A stretch of 64,000 nucleotides of DNA from the human T2T-CHM13v2.0 reference genome, Homo sapiens. The stretch's first letter is position 1. Each line of letters begins with the position of its first letter. Below the pieces are notes generated by a model. It was not told where the DNA came from. It searched no databases and was given only the letters and a program-made list of their open reading frames with translations. The stretch lies in assembly GCF_009914755.1 (NCBI RefSeq), contig NC_060935.1, one strand, 5' to 3'. The position numbers were made by a program, and so were the translations under genes. This document shows positions 24,336-36,639 of this stretch, piece by piece.

Positions 24336-24699
24336 AAAGATGTAAAACCAAATTAAAAATAAAACATTGACACATTCTTAATATAATGGTAAAAAAAGAG
24401 GCTTAAATGTATATGCAATTTGATACTGTTTTTTATAACTCTACACACACACTTATGTGGAGAGAAAGACTGAAGAGAATATTAAGAAGTCATACAACAA
24501 AACTTAATATCCAATTATCTTTAGAAGATAGATTCAAAACTGAACGTTGGGAGGTTTATTTCAGTGGGATTTTTCTGTGATTTTCAAGTCTGTGTTGAAC
24601 ATAAATCACTTTTTGCTATAAAAATATAGTTGTAAGGAGAGACTTATCTATAAAGTAATTCAATGTGTAATGTTACTTATAATAATAACAAAATCGAAT

Positions 24700-25055
24700 G
24701 CACAACATGGATGGAACTGGGGGACATTATGTTAAGTGAAATAAGCCTGCCACAGAAAGACAAACTTCACATGTTTTCATTTATTTATGGGAGCTAAATA
24801 TTGAAACAATTGAATGTATGGAGATAAGGAGTAGAATGATGGTTACCAGAGCCTGGGAAGGGAAGTGTGTTGGGAGGGAAGTGGGGATGGTTAATAAATA
24901 TATAACATAGTTAGATAAAATGAATAAAATCTAGTATTTGATAGCACAACAGGGTGACTACAGTCAACAATAATCTATTATGAATTTAAAAATAACTGAT
25001 AAAGTATAATTGGAATGTTTGCAACACAAAGAAATGATAAGTGCTTGAGGTGATA
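24700..25055 (+). mobile_element. L1MA4-like 3'UTR fragment
   Basis: 'acatggatggaactgggggacattatgttaagtgaaataagc...tctagtatttgatagcacaacagggtgactacagtcaacaataa'. Confidence 0.88.
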
Positions 25056-26369
25056 TATTTTTTAAAAAGAAAACAGCATGGTAGCCACAATAATAAAGAT
25101 GAAAACCTACTGATTCAATAAAAACATTTAGGGTGAAGAGGAGAAAGATGGAATAATAGCATTATCCAGCCCTCATACCCCCTGCAGAATCAGTAGTTAA
25201 AACAACTATCCACATGTGAAAATACCTTCACAGGAGCTGAAGACACCAGGTGAGAGCACCTGGATATAGCACAGAAAAAAGAAAAGATGCATTGAAGAGG
25301 GTAGGAAGGCAGTTTTACATTGTTGCCCCTTCCCCAACCCCAGAAAACACAGCATGGAGAGAAAGACCCTCCATGTGGGGGAAGGAGAGGAAAGTGGGCA
25401 TTAGACTTTACCTCAGACACTAAAACCAGGCCCACCCCAGTGGGCCAGGTAGAACCCAGTGCCAGGTAGACCCCCATAAAACCCAGTGCCAGGTAGACCC
25501 CCATAGCCCTAAACTCCAGGCCAATACCTATGGACTGAACCTCTGTGCTCACCTCATGCCAGGCTAGGTTCTGTAGCCTCAGGCTCCAGGTCTTTGTGGT
25601 GGACTCAGTCTCCAGACCATCCCACTGCTAGGTCAATCTCAATGGCTTCATGCTTCAACTTGTCCTTAGGTCTTGACTGGCTCCAGTGGACTCATATCTA
25701 GGCTGCCACCACCAGCAGACCAACCCCAGTGGCTCTAGGCTCTGGAACACCTCCAACACCAGGCTGTCCCAGGTTCCAGGTTTCAGCCTTGTCCCAGCAC
25801 CAGGCCAATCCTAGTCATCCTAGTCATGAGGCTAACACCCATGGACCCAGCTTGCCGGGAGCTCCTGTGGATACAGACTCCAGGCCCACCCACTACTGGG
25901 ACAGCCCCTGCAGGCCCAGCTTTCAAGCTCATCTGAGGACCAGGTCAGCCCTCCTTGCCTCAAGGACTAGGCATGTACCCATGCATATAGCTTTTAGGAT
26001 TGCCCAGTGCCAGGCTGGGCTCTGTGGCAGGGTCCAGGCCAATCCCAGGGTCCATGTCTGTTACAGTAGGACCTATTGTTAGATCCAGGGTCCAGGCTTG
26101 TCACAATAGGATGGATTGTTAGACTGGTAGTCACCACATACACTGCACCAGGTGCCAGGCCTGCCTATCTGCCGACCCAGGCACCAGGCCAGCCTGCCTG
26201 AGGACTTCAGAAGCAAGCCCACCTAAGGACCAGGCCAAGTAGCCTGCTCAGAATCTGTGGACAGGCTGACTGGTGAAGGAATTTCCCAGAAAAAGCTAGT
26301 CTGCAAAGACTCTTATAAGTCTCTACTTGTTCAAATGTGCAAACACCAACTAAAGGCAATAAGAAACAT

Positions 26370-26890
26370 AAAAAATGAAAAAGACATAACAGTACCAAAA
26401 GAACACGATAGTCTCCCAGTAATGGACTCCAAAGAAATAGAGATATATAAACTGCCTGACAAAGAATTCACAATAATTGTATTAAGGAAGGTCAGCAAAC
26501 TCCAAGAAAATACAAAGAAACAATATAGTGAAATTAGGAAAACAATAAATGACCAAAAGTGGCAATTTATCAGAGAGATTAAAATAATTAGAAAATGAAA
26601 CAAAAATACTAGAGCTAAAGTATACAATGAATGAAATAAAAAATTGTAGTAGACAGCATCAACAACAGAATTGACCAGGCAGAAGAAAGAATATGTGGAC
26701 TCGAAGACAAGTTATTAAAAAATATATAGTGAGTAGGAAAAAGATGAAAAGAAGTAAAGAGTGTTTGCAGAATTTATAGGACAGCGTGGAAAGGGCAAAT
26801 ATTTGAATCATGGGAGTTCAAGAAGAAGAAGGAAAAGACAGAGTAGAAAGCTTATTTTAAAAAATAATAGCATAAACTTTTCAAGTCTGT
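26370..26890 (+). pseudogene. L1 ORF1p remnant (N-terminal/coiled-coil part)
   Basis: ORF 26257..26598 resembles L1M ORF1 (PKEH...DSKEIEIY.LP.KEF.IIVLRK.S.LQENT); stops and truncation. Confidence 0.85.
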
Positions 26891-27161
26891 GGAGTAAAAG
26901 AGTAAAGGTTTTTTAATGCAATTAAAATTTAGTTGTTGTAGACTTAAAATAGCCTGTTATAACTATAAGATTTGTTTTTGTAAGCCTCATGGTAACCACA
27001 AAGCAAAAATTTATGGTAGATACACAAAAGATAAAGAGTAAGAAATCCATACATACCACTAGGAAAAAGTCTTCTAAACACAAAGGAAGACAGGAAGGGA
27101 GGAAGAAGGTAACAAAGAACCTATAAAACCACCCAAAAACAATCAGAAAAAAATTAACAAA

Positions 27162-30100
27162 ATGATAGTAGTAAGTTCATACCTATTGACAACTACCATG
27201 AGTGTAAATGTATTAAATTCTCCAATTAAAAGACATAGATTGACTGAATGGATAGAAAAATAGACCCAACTCTATGCTGCCTACGAAAGATTCACTTCAT
27301 CTGTAAGGATATACTTACACTGAAAGTGAAGAGATGGAAAAAAGTATTCCATGAAAATGAAACCAAAAGAGAGCAGGAATAGCCACATTTATACCAGATA
27401 AAATAGACAAGTCAAAAACTGTAAACTGAGACATACAAGTTTATCATATAATGACAAAGGGGTTAGATCGTCAAGAGACTGTAACTATTATAAATGTATG
27501 TGCACCCAACATAGAAACACCTAAAGTAAGTATTAATAGAACTTAAGGTAAAAAGACTGGAATATAATAATAGTAGGAGACCGAAATGCCACACTTGCAG
27601 CAATGGAAAGATCATACAGATAGATAATCAGTAAGAAAACATTGAAATTAAACTACCAATAGACAAAATGGACCTAACAAATACAGAGCATTCTATCTAA
27701 CAGCAGCAAAATACACATTCTTCTCAAGTGCACATGAAACATTCTCCAGGGTAGATTATATATCAGGCCACAATACAAGTTGTAAATTTAAGAAGATTGA
27801 AATTATACCAAGTGTCTTTCAGTCACAATGTTCTAAAACTAGAAATTAGTGAAGGAGAAGTTGTGAAAAATTTTCAAAGATGTGGGAATTTAACATGTTC
27901 CTGAACAACCAATGGGTCAATGAAGAAATTAAAAGGGAAATTTAAAAAATTGAGACAAACAAAAATTTAAACACAACATATTATGAGTAGTTCTAAGAGA
28001 AAAGCTTATGGTAATAAATGCCTACATCATAAACAAGAAAGAATTCAAATAAACAACCTAACATTATACCTCAAGGAGCTAGCAAAAGAAGAAGGTTAGC
28101 AAATAAAAGGGAATAACAAAGATTAGAGCAGAAATAAATGAAATATACTAGAAAAACAACAGAAATGATTAACAAGATAAAGAGTTGGTTTTTTGAAAAG
28201 ATGAATAAAATTGACAAAATTGACAAACCTTTAGCTGAATTGAGAAAAAAAGACTCAAGGAATTGAAATCAGAAATGAAAAAGAAGACATTAAACGGATA
28301 CTGCAGAGATGCAAAGGATAATAAGAGACTACTTTAAAAATTTTATGCCAACAAATTGGATATCCTAGAAGAAATGAGTAAATTTCTAGACACATACAAC
28401 TTACCAAGAGTAAATCATAAAGAAATAGAAAATCATAGCAGATCAATATGAAGTAAGGAGACTGAATCCCTAATAAAAAGTCTGTCATCAAAGAAAAGCC
28501 AAAGACCTTATGGCTTCACTGTTGAATTTTACCAAACATTTAAAGAATAACTAATACCACTTTTTTTCTCAAATTCTTCCAAAACACTGAAGAAGAGAAA
28601 ACACCTTTGAACCCATTTTATAAAGCCAGCATTATCCTGACACCAAAGCCAGACAAAGGCATTATGAGAAAAGAAAATTATAGGCCATTATCTCTGATGA
28701 ACATAAATGCAAAAATTCTTAACAAAATGCTAGCAAAACTAACTCAACAGCGCATTAAAAGGATCATTCACTATGAGCAAGTGGAATTTATTTTAGGGAC
28801 TCAAGTATGGTTCAACTTATGCAAAACTATAATACAACATTAACGGAATGAAGGAAAACCAGTAGCATTTCTATACACCAATAGCAAATTATATGAAAAA
28901 GAAATTTAAAAAAAATCCCACTTACAATAGGCACGAAACATAAAACACTTAAGAATAAATTTAAGGAGGTAAAAGATGTTTACATTAAAAAGTATAAAAC
29001 ACTGATGAAAAATGGAGGGAAATGCAAATAAATAGATATCCCATGTTTATCAATTAGAAAAATTAATATTGTTAAAATGTTCATATTACTCAAAGCAATC
29101 TACAGTTTCAATGTACTCCTTATCAAAATACCAATAGCATTCTCCACATAAATAGAAAAAACAATCCTAAAATTCATATGGAACCACAAAAGACTCTGAT
29201 TAACACAGCAATCTTGAGCAAAAAGAACAAAGCTAGAGGTATCACATTACCTGATTTTAAATATCCTACAAAACTATCATAACCAAAACTGCATAGCACT
29301 GGCATAAAAATAGTCAGATAGATTAGTGGAGCAAAATAAGGAGCCCAGAAATTAATACATGCATTTGCAATCAACTAATTTTTAACAAAGATACAAAGAA
29401 CACTCAATGGAGGAAGGGCAGCCTTTTAAATAAATGGTGTTTGGAAAAATGGATAGGCACGTGTGGAAGAATGAAATTAGATCCTTATCGCACGCCCTAA
29501 ACAAAAATCAACTTAAAATGGATTAAGACTTCAATGTAAGACCCCCAAACTATGAAACTACTAGAAGGAGGAAAGCTGAGATTCGTCTGGCTAATAATTT
29601 TTTAGGTATGACCTCAGAAGCACAAAGAACAAAAACAAAACTAAACAATTGAGATTACATTAAACTAGAATGTTTCTGCATGCCAAAGCAAGCAATCATA
29701 GAGTGAAGAAAGAACCTACAGAATGGGAGAAAATATTTGCAAACCAAACATTTGATAAGTGGTTAATATCCAAAATATAAGGAATTGAAACAACTCAATA
29801 AGTAGATAATTTATTATAAGAAAGAAACGTAAGAAGTAATTATAAGAATTAATTATAAAATTATAGGAAATAATTATAAGAAAGAAGAAAATAAATAACC
29901 CAATTAAAAATGGTCAAAAGATGTGAGTAAACATTTCTCAATAGAAGACATACAAATGGCCAACAGGTATATTAAATCGTGCTCAACATCACCAACATAG
30001 AAATGCAAATTAAAACCGCAATGAAATATCACCTCATTCTTGTTAGAATGGCTATTATCAAAAAGACGAAACAGTATTGGCAAGGATGTAGACTAAATGG

Positions 30101-30260
30101 AACTCTTCTTTGCACATTGTTGGTGTAAATGTAAATTAATACAGCCATTATATAAGATATAATGGAGGTTCTTCAAAAAATTAGAAATGGAGCTACCATA
30201 TGATCCAGCAATCCCTATGCTGTGCATATATTCAAAGGAAATGAAATCAGTATGTCAAAT
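27162..30260 (+). pseudogene. L1 ORF2p remnant (EN/RT), multiply disrupted
   Basis: ORF 28607..28843 is the L1 RT N-terminal region; many stops and frameshifts; RT core deleted near 28860. Confidence 0.9.
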
Positions 30261-30459
30261 GTATTTGTGATATGTGACATTGCAAGAGGAGTTTAATTAG
30301 AGTGTTCACAGAAACTTAGGTGATAACGAGATTATTGAGCTAAACTTTGTAGGAGGCAAAAGAGTTCTCTAGGTAAAGAAGAAGCTGGACTGGTACAATT
30401 GTGCCTGGACTGAAGGATTATTAATATTGTGACCAGAATGGGAAGGAATTACAAAGAAT

Positions 30460-31080
30460 GAGAAAACAAAAATACCTACCATTAAATATCATCAAGGGCT
30501 GTAACTATAATAGAAAAGAGATTACAAATCTATGCCTGATTTATACACACACTTTCTTTCTCTCTCTCTCTCTCTGTTAATAAATTTGAAAGTCTGTATA
30601 TATTTCATGACTTTCTAGGCTAATAAAGTGTCTCACACTTGATTCAATAATTCAAAAAGGGGTAAAAATATGAATAGATTAATAACCTCAAAAGTAATTG
30701 AAAGGGATTTTTAAAGCTCCTAAAAGAGATAACAGTCCCAACAAATTTCATAGACAAATTCATTGTCATTAAAGGATAAATATTTAAACTGCTCTAAATT
30801 AGAAATATTTTAGAATGTGCTCTGTGAAAGATGCCTAATACATCAGGTGAAACCTAACAAAAACAGCAAAACAAATAATAATCTCACTTATGATGGTGCA
30901 GCAAAAAAAAATTTCTTGAAGACGTAAATTACATTCGGTTATATTTTAAAAGAATACATTTGTTTAAAGAACAATCCACTACAATGAAGCAGGTCATATT
31001 CTGGGAATATAAGAAAGGTTAAATATCATGGAATTTATTAATATAATTAATTTTCTTGCAAGGATGAAAAATAATATTAT
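30460..31080 (+). mobile_element. Very old L1 (L1ME/L1M5) ORF2 remnant
   Basis: 'aataaatttgaaag...aaaaatatgaatagattaataacc...aataatctcacttatga...ccactacaatgaagcagg..tattctgggaatataagaaaggtt' is collinear with L1 ORF2. Confidence 0.6.
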
Positions 31081-31479
31081 TTCTTTGATCCCTAAATCAT
31101 ATTGCATTTCACTCTCTTCTCATTCTCTTAGCCTTCCAGGAATATCTCTTACACCTTTTGTTTCAAAGATACAGAATTTGCTCTTTTCACCTCAGGCTTA
31201 CTATAATATATCCTTCAGTCTATTTCTTGTCACTTATTCACTTCAGGATATACTATTTTCTTCTCTCCTTTTGCATTCCACGAGTTATATTTTAGCATAA
31301 AAATAAAACAGATATTGATATTAGGAGGCAATTAGTAGTTTCTGCCACAGTACTTGTGATGTGCTACGTGATGCCGAAATGAAGAAGACACAAAAGGAGA
31401 ATGGGCCTTTGTAACCTGAGTGGCCAAATGTGTGGTAGGGAAGAGAAGACTTTGCAGGTGATGCTTTAACTGGAGCTTT

Positions 31480-31773
31480 GGCTGAGCACAGTGGCCACAT
31501 CTGTAATGCCAGTGCTTCCAGACTTTGTTGAGGCAGGAACATCACTTGAGGCCAGGAGTTCAAGACCAGCCTGGGCAACATAGCAAGACTTCTATCTCTT
31601 AAAAAAAAAATAAAAAAAAAATTAGCTGGGTGTGGTGGCGCTCGCCTGTTAAGTCCAAGCTACTCCAGAGGTTGTGGTGGGAGAATTGCTTGATCTCAGG
31701 AGTTCAAGGCTACAGTGAGCTATGCCTGGGACACAGAGCAAGACTCTGTCTGTAAAACAAACAAACAAAAAAA
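31480..31773 (+). mobile_element. AluJ
   Basis: Diverged dimer with 'cacttgaggccaggagttcaagaccagcctgggcaacatagcaagac' and 'ttcaaggctacagtgagctatg'. Confidence 0.92.
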
Positions 31774-32813
31774 GGGTGGACATTTACTGGGAAAAGCGTT
31801 AGTGGATCAGGGAAGCACGTGCTTGGGCACCTAGGCAGGAAACTGCACAACCATTTGGATTTAGAAACAAATCACTGAAGTGTGGCAATGAACGGGAATG
31901 AGAAGGAAAAGAGTAAAGTGTTTTAGTTAAGGGGCATGGTGAATACAAAATCCTATGTAGGTTGAGACGTAGGGATGAGCAGAGAAGGAGCTATTGATGC
32001 TGGAGAATGGTGACCCAGGACGGCCTGAGAGGCATTTTCAGCAGGTGGGTAAAGGACTGTCTCTTCTTCTGCAAGAGATTTTCATTAGATTGAGGTGAAG
32101 TGTGTGGAAATTGAGGTAATGCCCACCAGTTATTTTCATTTTCTTGTTAAACCTTGTAAAGTACTGGTTACCCTTTAAATTTTAAAAGACATTGGTATCT
32201 TGCAGTGACTTGGAGTTGAGAGCTGTGAGTATCCATGTTCATATCTGGTTATGAGATTGCTAGACAATAGACCATTTAAAATATCAATACTTTCCTTTTT
32301 CTAATGACAATGCTTTAATGAGAAAATTAGTTCTCATGTGTATTAGCTGTCTGATGAATCACTATGCAAATGTGCCTACTATTTAAAATACCCAATGTAT
32401 TTGATTCATTAAAAAATGATAAGCAGCAGATATTCATTTTAATAGTTCCAAGAGCAGTGCAATACACAATCTCTCCTTTAAAGGTAGAAAACATGATGCC
32501 AATGTTGTTTCTTCCTCTTCCCAGTAATTTTTGAACTTTTCTACCCTGAGGAGGAAGATAAGGCTCATTTTTTTTTTTCATGAAGACAACAGTGCTAGTG
32601 CAGTACTAGTGTAGGTAACCCAGTCATTTGAAGCTGGCAATTAAATTATCCTTGAATAAATCTCCTAACACGAATCGACCTGGAAGACAGCTTAATGCTT
32701 GAGGGGTAAACAGGAGTATTTGTATGTAACTACAGTACTTTAGTTGTGTTTGTACTTTATCTAGAATGAGTTCTTAGCAACTCCTATCTCCTTCCTCTGT
32801 CCCTTATCTGCAG

Positions 32814-32846
32814 GCTTTACTTATATTCAAAAAGCATCAGCAAGAG
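32814..32846 (+). other. Candidate 33-nt cassette exon
   Basis: About 29-nt pyrimidine-rich tract, then TGCAG| ... GAG|GTAAGC; no expression evidence available. Confidence 0.35.
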
Positions 32847-33874
32847 GTAAGCTATGTAAAGAGGCCTAAAACCACATTTGTACCACCTTGTGCCCCGTGA
32901 ATTGAGAAGGATTAACCTAAGTAAGAACACATTGCATACATGATAAGGATTTTTGTAAAAAGGAGCTGACAATCTGCTAATTCATTTTTAGTATCTACTA
33001 TGTAATTCATGTGGCTTTTGTGTATTGTTAATTGAATTACAGGGTAAGGAATATCTATATATCAGATACACATAGACGCCAGGAAGGGGGTAAAAATGAG
33101 TTTTTCACTTCTTATTCCAAGACTAGCAGTTATATTTGAATTATGAATAGCAGATAAAATTCATTTTCCAAAAAGCTTAAAATAAATATAGCTGGAAATA
33201 TAAAATCAGCAGAGATCTCAGTTTGGAGATAAACTGGGCAGCGATGTCAAGCATATGGAGGACAAATCATCCGGTATTTCTTTGAGATGGTACTATTTTC
33301 CAGTAACAAAATAGCTACAGTATTCAGCATTGACTAAGGACATTGCTGTTTTACGGTGGTAATGAATCATTCAAGCTAAGGAGAATTCAGGTATGTAAGT
33401 CACATCTGCTGTTACGTGGACCTCATCAACCTAGCTCAGATGCTTCCTGCTTTCCTGGAAAGGCCTCTTTGGCCAGGGATGGTTTTAGCTTCTTTTCACT
33501 TGTCTCTGGGTACACAATCACATAACAAGGAGTGGGAGAAGGTATCCACCTACCAGTGTGATTTCTGGAAGGGAAGCTTAGAAATTCCCCTCTTCCATCG
33601 CAAAATAAAGATATGAATTTCTCTCTCATCCAATTGCTGAGGCTGAAGTTCAATCACTAGGCTTCATGCTGTGGCTTGGGCTCTGCTTATGAGTTAAAAG
33701 GAAATCTTTAAGGAGAAATCATCAGTCATGTAAACACTGTTGTGCAAATGCTGATTAAATTATATCCCCAAATTAAATGTTAATAGGAGGAAATAATAGA
33801 AAGAAATGGAGGATTTGGGCAGGCTGAGGCAAAGGGGGCTTTAGAAAAAAAGGAAGATAGGATAAAGCAACCAC

Positions 33875-34112
33875 AATAATAATGTCTGTTTATTATTCAG
33901 CAGGCATTGTTCCAGTTTCTTTATACATTTTATCTCATTTAATCCTTAATGAACCCTGACTATAAGCAATTCCTTATATCCATATTATATATGATGCAAC
34001 CAGAGCTCATAAACGTTAAGTAACATGCCTAAATTTAGTCAACATATGAGTGGTGGAATTGAAATATGAACTAGCGTTTACCACTCCTGGACATGGACAC
34101 TGAACCACTGTG
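33875..34112 (-). mobile_element. MIR
   Basis: 'caggcattgttcc...tatctcatttaatcct...gttaagtaacatgcctaa...gagtggtggaattg'. Confidence 0.75.
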
Positions 34113-34699
34113 CTGCCTGGAAACTTTGACGAGGTCCGTCTCTGTTGGGATCTGCCATACTTCTCAACCATCCTGTCTGTATTGTCACCAGAAGCTCTGC
34201 CCAGGTCACCAAGAACAGCAACAAGGACAATACTTCCAGTTGCAGTTTTATCCCTAGCTATGTGTGCTCTTGAGCAGATCACTCCACTTCTTTTGTCCAA
34301 TTTCTTCAACTATAAAATCACAGAGTGGGATGTGATGAGTGGTACTCCTTTTTGAGAGTCAAAACCCTCCAATCATGTACTGTCTCTCCTCACGTAAATG
34401 AACCATCAGATAAAATTTTGCCTATTTCGCATTCTTGTTGACTTCCTAAAATTTGGGTCAGCCTAGGCATCTCGTTAGATAAAATGTCAAACAATAGAAA
34501 AGTGTGAATTTTATGAGATTAAGGGATGCTAAGTGTCTATATTTTTGTAAGATAGTATTTTGTAAACTATTTTATGAAGGATAGTATTAATTATTTATCA
34601 TTGAGGGATACTTATAAGTGGGTAAAAATAATTATTATGTAATGCTCAGTCTTCTCCAGTAACTATTCTTTAGTAATAATGATGATTAGTAGTAATAAT

Positions 34700-34860
34700 A
34701 ATAGTAATAATTAAGGCTATCTTACTGAACACTTTAAACACTGTGCTAAATGATTTGCATGTATCATCTTATTTAATCTTTGCAAAATTTATATTATAGA
34801 AGTACTGTTATTATCACCATTTTGCTCAGAGAAGCAAATAGGGGGTTCAGAGAAGTTAGA
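34700..34860 (-). mobile_element. MIR preceded by a (TAA/TAG)n low-complexity tract
   Basis: 'cactgtgctaaatgatttgcatgtatcatcttatttaatc...gttcagagaagtta'. Confidence 0.75.
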
Positions 34861-35440
34861 AACATAGACATATTTTCTTAAAAATAAGTCTCTTCAGTTC
34901 TATTGCAGTTTAGTTTTTATAATTGTGTTTCTAAATAAGCATATCATAGGATTAAAATGCATTGCTGTCAAGTGAAAAGGATATTATACATCACTTGGAA
35001 TTATGTTTAACTTTAGTTATCAGCAAACTCAACTTAGAGTGGCTTAAGCAAATAGATATAAAATAAACCTAGTACTCCTAAATGTACCATAAAAACTTCA
35101 TAGGAATGACAAATGCTATATTTAAGGGAAAAATAATCCGCGAAATCAAATCAAGTGTTTCCTCTACACCCAAAGTTTTTCATTTGGAAGCTTATCAGTT
35201 CTGGTTAAATTCTTTTAACTGTCCTTTCATGATATAGGAATTAATCATTTTGAGATTGTCCTTACTACTTTAATGGTGTCAAAATGACCGTTCCTTTTTA
35301 AGATGATGGCGACAATAATTTCACTTTTTAATGAATGTATGTCCTTACTTGGCAACATGGTTTGGTGACTTTTTGATCTCTTTCTCTGTCACATTCAAAA
35401 TTCTGAGAACTTGTATAATTCTATGAGAATTTCTAAGATT

Positions 35441-35606
35441 CTGTGGTGGGGTGGGGGGAGGGGGGAGGGATAGCATTGGGAGATATACCTAATGCTAGAT
35501 GACGAGTTAGTGGGTGCAGCGCACCAGCATATCACATGTATACATATGTAACTAACCTGCACAATGTGCACATGTACCCTAAAACTTAAAGTATAATAAA
35601 AAAAAA
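35441..35606 (+). mobile_element. L1PA2-like, severely 5'-truncated (3'UTR only)
   Basis: 'gcattgggagatatacctaatgctagatgacgagttagtgggtgcagcgcacc...aaaacttaaagtataataaa'; GAG (not ACA/ACG) and A at the L1HS-diagnostic 3' position. Confidence 0.92.
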
Positions 35607-36639
35607 TGTAGTAGAGTTGAGTTTGAATGGTAATATCTGTGGTAAGAGTTTATACAATTTTCCTCTAAGTCTGATGCAGGTCATTCTACTTGAATAGTGG
35701 AGTCTATAGTAATATCAGCTGATTAACCCTCTTAATCAGACTTGGAGCCTGCTATGTCTCATAAATGAGAGAGTAAACTTAGAAAAATGTTTAAATGCCC
35801 TTGTACTTTGGCAAGTTTCAAACTTAAAATATCTATTGGCACGGTTTTCTGAAAAACAACCAAATTATAACAGTGAGTTAGAATTCCATAAGTGTTTTAG
35901 TTGAGGACAAAATTGACCACTTTATTGCTACCCGTAAGATTATCCACACAAAATGTATCTATGTCTATGCATATGAAATATGTAAACAAAAAGCAATTAT
36001 CTGGGTAGTTTAGTAGCTCCTTCTGTCTCACCTTTCTTGTTGAATTAATCTGAAAAATACACTACATTTCAGTATAGATATAAACAATCTCTGTTAATTA
36101 CCATCAAATCAACCAAATGGGATTTTTCTGTTGAATAAAAAGTAAATAAAAAGATAATGATTAACTCCCAGATATGTATCAAACTTTTAAAACTGAACAT
36201 TTACCTACATATCATACCAACTATGTTAATTATGACCTGATACAACTTAATCAGCTATGTAGCCCCAGATGTCCAAGTGCTAAAAATGTGTAGACCCTAA
36301 TGACTTCTAACTTGTTGTGTCTATTCATAAAGTTAAACAAAAATAGAATATTTCAGTTTTCTGAAAATATATTAGAATTTTAAATCGTGGAAGAGAGGAC
36401 CACTAAATTTATTTTTTCTTTTTCTTCTTTTTTTTCTTCTGCTCAGTTTTAATTTTTTAACAGAAGACCACAAAAAATAGGTGGAACCTTTTAACCCTGA
36501 AAATCCTTCCTTGTGAACTGCCGTATCATTAGGGGTATTGAGCATTTGTTCTAGGTAATGACTATTTTTTTTTCTTTTTTAATGAACCCGTGTGTGTGGA
36601 TGCTCATTAGGATATGACAAAGGGAGCTGAAAACAAAAA

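Larger units (their letters stand above)
25130..30260 (+). mobile_element. Large L1M (L1MA/L1M2-3-type) element: 5'UTR, ORF1, inter-ORF, ORF2; internally deleted, 3'UTR missing
   Basis: GC-rich repetitive 5'UTR; ORF1 peptide (KEHDSLPVMDSKEIEIYKLPDKEF); ORF2 endonuclease start near 27162; RT peptide (KPDK...[21 protein letters not shown]); C-terminal ORF2 motifs. Confidence 0.93.

Noticed and set aside
25420-26260. Repeat-spacer-like pattern suggestive of a CRISPR array
   Set aside because: Units are degenerate and irregular, the context is a mammalian L1 5'UTR, and there are no cas genes.
25130-30260. Possible active LINE-1 or reverse transcriptase gene
   Set aside because: Numerous stops and frameshifts, a deleted RT core and no 3'UTR or poly(A).
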